A stretch of 26,073 nucleotides of DNA from Lama guanicoe (GCA_013239625.1 MU053319.1:186001-212073), one strand, 5' to 3'. Numbered from the stretch's first letter, positions 12,295 to 22,863 are shown. A program made the numbers and translations. Notes: a model not told the origin generated them from the letters alone.

Positions 12295-12500
12295 TCAACC
12301 TGCAGGAGTTTTCTTCTGTTGATGAGGGGAATGATGTGATGTTTAGGGGAAATAATTCTCACAAGAAGTTGCCCATCCAGTGGAAGGGGGAAGATCTGCT
12401 GACAGATGCCCACGAGGTGGTGTCCAGTAATTCTCACGTGAAGTGACTCCATGCCAAAGAAGACTTATGGTGTTAGAAGAGCAAGAGAAATGAAAAGTTT
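12295..12500 (-). mobile_element. Possible L2 remnant
   Basis: 'ctcacaagaagttgcccatccagtggaagggggaaga' resembles antisense L2 'ctcaaggagcttacagtctagtggggaaga'. Highly diverged. Confidence 0.35.
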
Positions 12501-12560
12501 AAAAGGTATTTCAAAGGGAAATAATGGAGTTGGAGATTCACTGGAGTTAAAAATAAACAC

Positions 12561-12897
12561 AAAAAGAAAAAAAAAAAGACACAAGTGAGCTTATTTACAA
12601 AACAGAAATAGACTCACAGACATAGAAAACAAACCTATGGTTACCAGGAGGGAAAGGGGGTGGGAAGGGGTAAACTGGGAGTTTGATGTCTGCAGGTACT
12701 AACTACTATATATAAAATAGGTAAACAACAAAGTCTTACTGTACAGCACAGGGAACTGTATTCATTATTTTATAGTAACTTGTAATAAAAAAGAATATGA
12801 AAAGGAATCTAGGTATGTATATGCATGACTGAAATATGATGCTGTACACCAGAAATTGACACATTGTAACTGACTATATCAACTAAACAAATAAAAA
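12561..12897 (+). mobile_element. Lineage-specific L1 3'UTR fragment
   Basis: Same 3'UTR as 5520-5905 and 19250-19573 ('acaaaacagaaatagactcacagacatagaaaac', 'ccagaaattgacacattgtaactgactata'). Confidence 0.92.
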
Positions 12898-13039
12898 TAC
12901 AAATACATAGATCTTATACCACCTCATTTTCAGTGCCAAGTCTAAATATAGAATTAAGAATTGAAAACAGCATAATGAGAAGCCTGGAACACTGGGGAGG
13001 AAAAAGGACCATAGATCAGAATTTAAGGCCAAGACTTTG

Positions 13040-13700
13040 CTGTCGGTGAGACCCGCGTCACAAGAAGGAATAAAAACTCCAGCACCCAGACGCCGGGAGC
13101 CCCCAGTCTCAGTCCCTAACAACCAACAACAGGGCTTTCTTGTTTTCCCCACCCTTCACAGGCGACAAAACCAAGACTAAAGAAAATCAGTGACTTGTTG
13201 GTCATCCTTCCATCAGCGGGGAGGAAAGCATGCTGCTGCTTCGGGAATGAAAGCGTGCAAGCGAAATAAACCGCGCTTCCAAAAGACATTTTCGGTCGAG
13301 AATGGAAATTCTTCTCGGCGACCAAGCCCCAGATTGCTCCAGAATAGAATGAATTATAAATTCAGTCTGTGAATACGGACTCGCAGCCTTCGGCGGTGCG
13401 CGCACGGTGTCCCCCGTCTGGGGCGCGGGGAGCTCTAAGGCGCGGTGACCAGCGCGCAGGGCGCACCGAGTCGACCATGCTGCAGATCCTTGCTGCGTCT
13501 CACAGTGAGTCAGCAAAAGAGAGAACTGTACTCCCAACCTCACTAGCAAAGCAGGTCGCCTGATCTCTGAATCTGTAACCTTACGTTCCGAAACTGAAAG
13601 TGCAATCTGGAGAACCGGTCGAGAGTTTGCGTTTTAATAGCGTCGACCAATTGCTTCTCAGCGACACCGTCTCCATCATCCGTCACCTAATTATGACACT
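13040..13700. promoter_or_regulatory. CpG island / candidate promoter or enhancer
   Basis: Densest CpG content in the window, peaking at ~13375-13500 (gtgcgcgcac, gcgcgg, two gtcgac sites), in sequence with no recognisable repeat. Confidence 0.7.
13505..13518 (+). promoter_or_regulatory. AP-1 / NRF2-sMAF ARE motif GTGAGTCAGCAAAA, also a GTGAGT splice-donor consensus
   Basis: Exact match to RTGA(C/G)TCAGCA with an A-rich 3' flank. Confidence 0.55.
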
Positions 13701-13947
13701 TATTCATATGCACGAAGTCAGTTCGGAAGTCTTATGATGAACTCGGACTGTGGAAACAAAATTGTGTTTGTGATATCGGTCAGATATATATATATTTTAA
13801 TTTGTTGGCTTGAATTAGATGCACGCTTCTTTTGAAGAGGATAATTATGGTGATTTTGAAATTCTGGAGAGAAGGATAACGTGGCTGTCCTCAGACCTCA
13901 CCAGCCTGTGAAGAGAGAAGAAGCTGCATTAACAGGTACCCTGCAGT

Positions 13948-14097
13948 GGGGAGGGCATAGCTCAAGTGACAAAGCGTATGCTTAGTATGTGTGAGGTCGT
14001 GGGTTCAATCCCCAGAACCTCCTCCAAAAAAAACCAAAAAAGGAATAAACTTAATTACCTTCTCCGGCCAAATAAATAAAGTTTACTATTTAAAAAA
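13948..14097 (+). mobile_element. tRNA-derived SINE (camelid vic-1-like)
   Basis: GGGGAGGGCATAGCTCAAGTG (A box), GGTTCAATCCCC (B box), then an A-rich tail with 'aattacct'. Confidence 0.9.
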
Positions 14098-16848
14098 GAG
14101 TAGACATGCAAAGCTCACTGGGTCCCTGTCCCTACTGCGTCGTGGAGGAAGGACTCCAGTCCCCAGAAGGGTGCCCTGCCCATGCATTTGGGGGCATCCC
14201 TGAGAAAGAAACACTGAATCTACTGCATTGTCCACTCCAGACTGTCCCTTCTAGGACTAGGAGTTGCTGAACGGAGCCCTCTAGCCGTTGCTCCCTGTGC
14301 CCTAGGAGATGTCTGTACCCCGTCAAGGTGCCACCTCCCTGTGTCCCCAAAGCAGTCAGTTTCCGAGGAGTAAGAGCAATGAGCGTTTGCTGTCTGAGGC
14401 TGGAAAGAAGCCCCTCACACTCTCTGTACAGTGATGGATGTCCTTGTCGTGTCCCTCACGCATGGCGTCCCACTTCTCAAGAAAGCAGCTCCTTCAGTTT
14501 TTCCCCCCGTACCTCGCTCTATTTGGGCTCAAAAAATCCAAACAGGCTGCAGCCATCGTACTCCCACCATCAGACCTATTTCCCCACCCCACCCCAGTGC
14601 TCCTGCAATTAAAAAACTTCTTTCTGGTTTAGCATAAAACAAAGTCTCTTAAGCGTATGGATCTGTGCTAATAGATGTCCTTATGAGTCATAGCTCTCGC
14701 GCTCAGCAAACGGTAAGATGCTTCCTTCCAACTGGCGCACAGCTAGGATCCACTTTAAATGGTCGTGGACTGGAATTATTTTCATAATTTCAATGGAACA
14801 AAACAAATACTCAAACCAGAAGTAGAATATTGTTATAAAACATGGGGTGCATGCCAGCACCCAGGGATTAAGTATAAGCCAGAAATACTTCTCTGTTGAT
14901 TTATCCATTTCTATTACTTAAGGAAAATGAACGCCTGAAGTCACCTGAAGGAGGGCCACTGGCTGTCTCAAAAGCATGGTCTCCAAGTGAGGAGCTGACA
15001 TAGTGAAGAACCTTTTTTTATTCCCTGAATTTGGAATTCACCTTCCCGCTTGATTAGTTGGTCTCCTATAAATCCTCTTTTCTTTGGATTTGCTTCCTTA
15101 GTAAATTCTGGCTCCTTTGTGTGTGAATCTGAAAGCTTTTGGGGATAAAGTATTAAAAAGTCATTATTTCCTTTAAATTCTTTTTTTTAAAAAAAAGACT
15201 ATGGTAATTTGTTTAAAATAGAAAGCAGTATTTTACTAAGAGGCAAATTACAAAATTATTGAAGTGAGTTGTAGTGTGAATGTGCATATAGGCATGTGTA
15301 GTAACAACTAAATAAAAGCCTAAAATATAACTTTCTCAGAAAAAATTGGTAGCTTTCTTCCTATAAGTTGTAATGGTATATATACACATATAGGTACATA
15401 TATACATGTACATATGTATTTATATATTCAAAATCAGGGGTAAGAGAAGGTTTTCTTGAATGTCTTTACTTCAGCAGTAGGGTTTACACACAATTCTAAA
15501 ATGAAAAATATTAGTCACTTTTTCTCATTTGGGTTAATGGACTCAACTTCAATAAATTCAAATATGCAGCATTTTTCATTAATTGGGTCCATTCAAGTAT
15601 CTAAATGTACGTTTGCTACTTACAGGTTTAATAATCTGTCCTCCAAATAAAAACCGTTAAAATAGAAGGCATCTATAAAGTAATAAAATACTCTTCTAGG
15701 AAAAAATAGAGGTTTTTTAAAAGAAAAAATTAATAATAAGGTTCAAGATATTTATCATGCAACAAAATAAGACTGTGGACCTATTTTATTGGATGTGTGT
15801 TTCAAGGAACTGGAAAAAAAAAAAAAAGACTTTTTGAGTCCAAAATTCTAGAACCAAAAGGAAACAGAGCTTGCAGTCAGGCGCTCATCAAAACTAACAT
15901 GCTGCATTAAAAATAAAAAGCATTTCAAGGGAAAAGTCCATTAAGGAGTTTCCTATTGGAGGTAGAAGTTGAAACACTGTTTAAGGCACTGGAATAGACA
16001 CCTGATTAGACAGTGAACTTGTGGTTAAGAAAAAATTAAGAATTAAAGAAATTTTCAATGTGCTTAAAATACAGATTCTCTTGAAAATCCTGAGCCAAAA
16101 GACAAAGAGAAAGTGTTTGGGGAAAGTGACAGAAACGGCCCACCTGTCCTAACGCAGGAACGAGAGGTGACACATTGTGGGGCTGCCCCGGGCAGAGGGA
16201 GCCATAGACAAAGCCTCCTCTATCACCAGTGACTCCCAGACAAGCGCGAAATAATTATTCCCGTTCCCCTGGGGAAGCCAGTTGAGATGACCAAGAAGTG
16301 AAAGGTAATGAAAAGTAAGCCAGTCTCTACTCAGTCTCCCGAAAGAAAGGCCCAAGGCTGACCTACTTTCCTAAATCACATCAAATCACCTTTAATGGTT
16401 CACCACTGGCCCCATCCATCCTCTTCCAATGGGCAGCGCTCACTTCCTGAACCCTCCTCTTTCCTCCCTGAGCTTCCAACCCTCCACAGCCCCAAAACCT
16501 TCCAAAAGGGGCTCTCACCTCCTCAACCCCGTCCACACCATGCCCTCCGTCCTGACGCCGTGCCAGCCCATCTCATTCCCGGGCGTGAGCACAGGGAATC
16601 TCACGGGGAACCCGCGGGCCCAAAACTGCCAGGGAGGCTGGACGTCTCTCTCCCGCCCCTCGGCCCACCCCCAGGTGCCCCTGGGAGGAAGCTCAGAGAA
16701 GCCCCGCGGGTAGAGTTGTTCTCTTCCTGTGACTGCCTTCCCTGGGGAAAAGTGTCATGAAGAATGCTTGCGGATTAAATTTCTTGTCTCATCTCAGAGT
16801 CAGACATCTGCACTGAATTATAAAAGAAGTGATCAAAAGAAACCACCA

Positions 16849-17019
16849 TGGGAGGGTGGGTATGGCTCAGTGGCAGAGCGCATGCTTCACGTGCACGAGG
16901 TCCCGGGTTCAATCCCCCGCACCTGTTTTAAAACAATAATAATAATAAATAATTCTAAATTACGCCCCCTACTATAAAAAAAAGTAAAAACAAATAAATT
17001 TTAAAAATTAAATAAAAAG
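16849..17019 (+). mobile_element. tRNA-derived SINE (vic-1-like)
   Basis: A box tggctcagtgg, B box ggttcaatccc, A-rich tail. Perfect 12-bp TSD aagaaaccacca at 16837-16848 and 17020-17031. Confidence 0.93.
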
Positions 17020-17764
17020 AAGAAACCACCAGCATTCAGTTGCAGGGAACCCCTCTCCCCACTTTTTTAGGGTAGAGTGCAGGAGAAAGTTATGTCACAA
17101 AAAAAGCCTAATTAATGGTACGCACCTCAAAGGAAGAAAAGTCTCTACTGAAGTGGGAAGGGATTCAGAAGTGGGTCACTGGAGAGCAGGAAACAGTCTG
17201 CTGCAGGATGCATAACCCTGTCTAAAAACCTGCGTGTTACCTGGAATCTCTCTAGAGAAAAAGAAGCCGTGTCAAGACGTTTCCTGTAGATTCAGCTGGA
17301 GATGCACAGAACGCCATTTGAATGATTGATGAAGATTCATTGTTGCTATTTTTAAACACAGACTTTCTCCTAGAAAGAAGCTAGCTTTTAAAAGAATCTG
17401 TTCATCAAAATCTTATTTACACATACACACACACATCCCTACTCATTGTGTTTAATCATGTCTAAATCTTTTTAAGGTTAAGATCCCCGTTGGGGATGGG
17501 GGTGGAAGGTGGTGTGTAGATCCAGATGAAGATAAATGAACAACTGGGGATGGAAGACACATTGTTGTCACACACCTATCCATAAATTTCATAGTGACTA
17601 CATGAATACATATGTACCCTTCTGAATTATTCAATGAGCAGGTGATATTTTAAAGAGCTGTCAGTACATGTGCTTTTTTTTTTTTTCTTGTATGGAAAGC
17701 TCTTGAACAAAATGAAAAAAAGAAAAAAAAAGTTCAACTATTTATCAGTCATGTAAAAAGCATA

Positions 17765-18197
17765 ACCCTTAGTTACAGAGCATTCTAATAAAACCTGAAG
17801 GCACAGCTGCAGGAATAAAAAGATCGTGGTTCCCAGGGGTCTGGGGAGAGGGAGGGAGGGAGGGACGAATAGATGGAGCACAAGGGGTTTTTACTGCAAT
17901 GAAGTTATTCTGTATGATGCTATAGTGGCGGCTGCATGTCATCATGCATTTGTCAAAAGCCATATGATGTACATCAAGAGTGGACCCTATTGTAAACTAC
18001 GGACTTTGGTTGATAATAATGTGCCCGTGTTGGTTCATCAGTTGTACCAAATATGCCGCCCTGATGAGGGAGGCTGAGGGTGGGGGAGTGTATGTGTGTG
18101 GGTGGGGAGGGCTGTGTGCGAACTCTGTATTTTCTGCTCAATTCTGCTGTAAATCTGAAACTGCTATAAAAAAATAAAGTCTATTTAAAAAAAAAAA
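17765..18197 (+). mobile_element. L1MC1-like L1 3' end
   Basis: 'gtaaactacggactttggttgataataatgtg', 'aactctgtattttctgctcaattctgctgtaaatctgaaactgctataaaaaaataaagtctatt' followed by polyA. Confidence 0.9.
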
Positions 18198-18272
18198 CCT
18201 GAATGATGCTTCTAAGAATACTAAATCTAAGATTTCACCTCTGTGAGGCCCATCTAAATATTCCTTCTAGCA

Positions 18273-18546
18273 CAGCGGTCGTCAGTATGGGGAGATTTTG
18301 CCTCACCAGGGGTGCTTTAGTTTGTCACACTTGGAGAATCCTACTAGCACGTAGCAGGTAGAGGCCAGGGATGCTGTTACACATCCCACGGCGCACAGCA
18401 CAGCCCTTGCAAGAATTATCTGAATCCTACCAGCACGTAGCAGGTAGAGGCCAGGGATGCTGTTACACATCCCACGGCGCACAGCACAGCCCTTGCAAGA
18501 ATTATCTGGGCCAAAATGTCAGCGGTATTGATTCTGAGAAACCTTC
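18273..18546 (+). mobile_element. MER20 (hAT-Charlie) with an internal 86-bp tandem duplication
   Basis: 'gattttgcc', 'ggtagaggccagggatgctg', 'aagaattatctgggccaaaatgtca', 'tgagaaacc'. 8-bp hAT-type TSD ttctagca (18265-18272) / ctctagga (18547-18554). Confidence 0.9.
18336..18507. repeat. Tandem duplication, 2 x 86 bp
   Basis: 18336-18421 and 18422-18507 are identical except for one T/C difference. Confidence 0.97.
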
Positions 18547-18921
18547 CTCTAGGACAGTAAATGCATGATGAGCTGTGAATATTCTTTCTTTTTCCCTCCG
18601 CATTTTCCCATCTTACTCTAAATCCTGTCAGAAGTCTTCATTCAGAATGTTATCGTCTGCACGATCGAACATGATTGCTTTGCATGATTTCAGTCTGCAG
18701 GGTCATTTTTATGGTCCAAATCTCCCACACAAAGGGAAACTGCTGGGTCTCAAATATCAGGCCATCTATGTCGGGCTGGGTGAGTGGGTGGATCTGTGCA
18801 AAGAGAAAAAGCAAAGATTTCAAGAAACCAGACACAACTTGCCAGGAGCTCATTCTCAAGGAACAATCAAACTCCTTTTAAAATACTGAGCTGGGGTACA
18901 AATTAACCAAAAGCAAAAGTC

Positions 18922-19573
18922 AAGTATAGACTTACCCTAAGACCCAGCAATCCCACTCCTGGGCATATATCCAAAGGAAGCTCTAATTTGAAAATACACA
19001 TGAACCCCAATGTTCACAGCAGCACTATTTACAATAACTAGGACATGAAAGCAACCTAAGTGTCCATCGACAGATGACTGGATAAAGAAACTGTGGTAGA
19101 TTTATACAATGGAATACTACTCAGCCATAAAAAAGAATAAAATAGTGCCACTTGTAACAACATGGATGGACTTGGAGATCATAACTTAAGTGAAGTCAGC
19201 CAGAAAGAGAAAGAAAAATACCATATGCTATCACTCATATGTGGAATCTAAAAAAAAAAGAAAAATGAAATTATTTACAAAACAGAAACAGACTCACACA
19301 GATAGGAAACAAACTTATGGTTACTGGCGGAAAAGGTGGTGGGAAGGGATAAATTGGGAGTTCAAGATTTGCAGATACTAACTACTATATATAAAATAGA
19401 TAAACAATATATTTCTCCTGTATAGCACAGGGAATTTTCAGTATCTTGTAGTCACCTATAATGAAAAAGAATACGAAAAGGGTTATATATATATATGTAT
19501 AAATATGACTGAAACATGAAGCTGTACACCAGAAATTGATATAACATTGTAAACTGACTATACTTCAATTTAA
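18922..19573 (+). mobile_element. Lineage-specific L1, 5'-truncated
   Basis: ORF2 tail 'gacccagcaatcccactcctgggcatatatcc' through 'actgactatacttcaattt'. TSD aaaagcaaa(a/g)gtc at 18909-18921 and 19574-19586. Confidence 0.95.
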
Positions 19574-20144
19574 AAAAGCAAAGGTCTGTATTAAGATTTG
19601 TTTTAATAGAAATTTGTAGAGCAGTTTTAAATTCACCACATAATTGAGAGGAAGGTACAGAGATTTCCCATATTCCCCTGTCCCCACAAATTATCACCGC
19701 CACTAGTATCATCATCCCCTACAAGATGGTACATTTGTTACAACTGATGAACCTACACTGATACATCATTGTCACCCAGAGTCCATAGTTTACATCAGGG
19801 CTTACTCTTGGTGTTGTACGTTCTATGGGTTTGGACAAAATTTAGTGACATTGGTATACCACCACTGTAGCATCAAACAGAGTATTTTCACTTCCCAAAA
19901 AATCCTCTGTCCTCCACACCTATTCCTCCCACCCCATCAAACTCCAGGCAACCATTGATCTTTTTATTGTCTCCATAATTTTGCCTTTTCTAGAATGTCA
20001 TATAGTTGAAATCATAGACTATGTAGCCATCCAGACTGGCTTCATTCACTCAGTAACATACATTTAAGTTTCCTCCACGTCTGTTCATGACTTAATAGTT
20101 CAATTCTGTTGTCCACTGAATAATATTCCATTTCGAGGATATAC

Positions 20145-21621
20145 TGAGACAGGAGGGAAGGGGTCAGGTCACAGTCATAAAAAGAATGACACAGCCATTG
20201 AGGATATAACATCACCTGGTTAGAACCAGTGGGGCCCAAGACAGTGGAAAATTCAACTTCCAGTAGACCTTGAGCCCCATTATACACTCATTACAATAAA
20301 ATTAGCCTTTCAGTTTAGAAGTACTCATCATGACACTTTCAATCAAGACTAAATAAGGACAAAAATCCCTCCTCCCTTGGGAAGGTGGACTCAGAATGAA
20401 AATCAGGGAGTACAACCCCAAACCCCTCCCTCCCCAATGAATATTCTGCCCATTCATTTTTTTAAAAAAACTTTTTTTATTGAGTTATAGTCATTTTACA
20501 ATGTTGTGTCAAATTCCAGTGTAGAGCACAACTTTTTAGTTATACATGAACATATACATATTCATTGCCAAATTTTTTTCTCTATGAGCTACCATAAGAT
20601 CTTGTATATATTTCCCTGTGCTATACAGTATAATCTTGTTTATCTATTATGCATATGCCTGTCAGTATCTACAAATTTTGAACTCCAAGTCTGTCCCTTC
20701 CCACCCCCACCCCCTTGGCAACCACAAGTTTGTATTCTATGTCTGTGAGTCTGTTCCTGTTTTGTATTTATGTTCTTTTTCTTTAGATTCCACATATAAG
20801 CAATCTCATATGATATTTTTCTTTCTCTTTCTGGCTTACTTCACTTAGAATGACATTCTCCAGGAGCATCCATGTTGCTGCAAATGGCATTATGTTGTTG
20901 TTTTTATGGCTGAATAGTATTCCATTGTATAAATATACCACCTCTTCTTTATCCAGTCATCTGTTGATGGACATTTAAGCTGTTTCCATGTCTTGGCTAT
21001 TGTAAAAAGTGCTGCTATGAACATTGGGGTGAAGGTGTCATCCTGAAGTAGGGTTCCTTCTGGATATATGCCCAGGAGCGGGATTCCTGGGTCACACGGT
21101 AAGTCTATTCCTAGTCTTTTGAGGAATCTCCATACTGTTTTCCACAGTGGCTGCACCAAACTTCATTCCCACCAGCAGTGTAGGAGGGTTCCCCTTTCTC
21201 CACACCCTCTCCAGCATTTGCCACTTGTGGACTTTTAATGATGGCCATTCTGGCTGGTGTAAGGTGATACCTCATTGTAGTTTTGATTTGCATTTCTCTG
21301 ATAAGTAGTGATATTGAGCATTTTTTCATGTGCCTATTGGCCACTTGTATGTCTTCCTTGCAGAATTGCTTGTTTAGGTCTTCTGTCCATTTTTGGATTG
21401 GGGTGGGTTGTTTTTTTCTTATTAAGTTGTATGCTGCCCATTCATTTTTACACCGTATGTAACCAACTTGCCAAAGACACTCAGGGCAGCCGCTCACCTG
21501 AGCCTGCCCACCTCCCTTTGAGAGGGTGCTCTCCATCCCTTAATAAATCCTCACTTTACTTTCTTGACCTCCATGTCTTGTCTGAATTCTTCCTGCGACA
21601 AGAACATACCTTCCAGTAAGA
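20145..21621 (+). mobile_element. ERV1-type solo LTR interrupted by a young L1
   Basis: Starts TGAGAC. AATAAA at ~21542 and U5-like 'gtctgaattcttcctgcg', ending 'ccagtaaga'. 4-bp TSD atac/aaac (one mismatch). Confidence 0.82.
20462..21433 (-). mobile_element. Young L1, 5'-truncated, inserted into the LTR
   Basis: ORF2 C-terminal peptides on the minus strand ([50 protein letters not shown]). Perfect 16-bp TSD ctgcccattcattttt at 20446-20461 and 21434-21449. Confidence 0.96.
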
Positions 21622-21829
21622 AAACCACTGTTGGTCTATTCACCTCTTTAAGGACATCATGGCTGCATTGCTTCCAAATTTTGACAATTACGAATTTTAA
21701 CATTTGATTTTTAAAAACAGCATATTAATACAAAGTCCTTGAGAGAGAACAGTCATTAGAAGTTCAGTAGAAGGAAACATTGGGTCTTATTTTGTTGAAG
21801 AATTTATCAAGGACTCTGGCATTGGTGTA

Positions 21830-21953
21830 CTTTCTTTTGTCTCCCCATCTGAGCTATAATGTACAGGAACCACATAATATCTGTTTTTGTATTCCTAACA
21901 TGTAATATGGTGCGTGACACATAGTACATAACTGTTGGATGAACAGATAAATT
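21830..21953 (+). mobile_element. L2 3' end remnant
   Basis: 'tgtctcccca...tgtattcctaaca...gtgcgtgacacatagta...tgttggatgaacagataaat'. Confidence 0.6.
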
Positions 21954-21979
21954 AGGACTGAATGATCAGGGGGCAGATG

Positions 21980-22065
21980 GTGAGTCCTAATTTAGCACCA
22001 CTTGGCTGTGTGACCTGGGACAGGTGAGGTCTTCTGTCTGAGTTTGTTTCCTCTACTGAAAATAA
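21980..22065 (+). mobile_element. MIR core remnant
   Basis: 'ccacttggctgtgtgacctgggacag...ctgtctgagtttgtttcctctactgaaaat'. Confidence 0.55.
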
Positions 22066-22527
22066 CTAGATCTGATGAATGCTATTTTAAAATGCATTAA
22101 GTCATTTAGAATTGGCGATTCATTTGCTAGGAATAAAAGACAAAGGTGCTAATCTCCTCCCCATTCTAATTGAGAGTATTCTCCCAGCCGCATCAATAAA
22201 CCAAGTCCACAGAAAAACTTCACATCAAAAGTTAAATTAATTTTATATCATGCCAAGCATAAAAGGAGGCTTGGTTAGAATACACACTGAGAAGGTGAGG
22301 AAAATCCTGCCAAAGTCTAGAGAAAGAAATGAATATTTTATTAAGCTTTTATTTATTGCCAGATGCCATACTGGGACAAACAAAAGATGAATAGGGCACC
22401 ATCTTCTTGATAAGCAACCCACACAAGCAAATCAAGGCACCACCGGGATGATGTGAGCAGGCTTTTCTCAAGGAGGGAGTGGACTGTAGGAAACAAGGAC
22501 CACCACATCCTCCACCCTCTGTTACCC

Positions 22528-22680
22528 TTTTATTTTAACACCTTTATTGTGGCCTGAGTCCTGTGCAGTAAGCTACACATATTTCAGAGGTACAACTGGA
22601 TGAATTTTGATAGATGTCTACACCTGTGTAACCACCACCACAATCTAGACAGCTCACATTTCCATCACTCCCCAAAAGGT
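22528..22680 (-). mobile_element. Old L1MB-type 3' end
   Basis: 'ttttaacacctttattg...gtacaactggatgaattttga...cacctgtgtaaccaccaccacaatc...catttccatcactccc'. Confidence 0.8.
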
Positions 22681-22863
22681 GCAAATTTCAAATTCCTAAT
22701 TTATCCCTTCCTACCTCCTTTACCCACTAGTAACCATAGCTTTGTTCTCTCTGTCTGTGAGTCTGTTTCTCTTTTGTAAATGAGTTCATTTGAGTCCTTT
22801 TTTTTTCCCCAGACTCCACATGTAAGGGGTATCACATGGTGTTTTTCTTTCTCTCTCTGGCTC
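22680..22863 (-). mobile_element. Internal fragment of the lineage-specific L1 3'UTR
   Basis: Aligns to ~20670-20836 ('gcaaatttcaaattcc...tgtctgtgagtctgtttct...actccacatgtaag'). Lacks the 3' terminus and polyA. Confidence 0.85.

Larger units (their letters stand above)
19600..21697 (-). mobile_element. L1MC1-like element in two pieces (19600-20144 and 21622-21697), split by the LTR
   Basis: Antisense L1MC 3' end ('agagcagttttaaattcac...aaggtacagagatttcccata'). Resumes after the LTR as 'ccactgttggtctattcacct...aaggacatc...gcttccaaattttgacaattacgaat'. Confidence 0.88.

Noticed and set aside
12063..12452. Overlapping 124-129 aa ORFs / exon after 'ctgcag' at ~12306
   Set aside because: No recognisable protein. 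The ORFs cross LTR-like and probable L2-derived sequence.
13948..14025. tRNA genes (also ~16850-16925 and ~25679-25755)
   Set aside because: A and B boxes are present, but there is no intact acceptor stem, A-rich tails follow, and one copy has a clear TSD. These are tRNA-derived SINEs.
16395..16760. 121-aa proline-rich ORF
   Set aside because: Expected by chance in C-rich sequence. No splice or homology support.
17241..17369. 129-nt minus-strand coding exon (ctttctAG...CAG|GTAAC)
   Set aside because: All three frames contain stop codons.
20890..21536. ORFs of 89 and 141 aa as a protein-coding gene (also 5285-5494)
   Set aside because: Frameshifted C-terminal fragments of L1 ORF2 in 5'-truncated copies.
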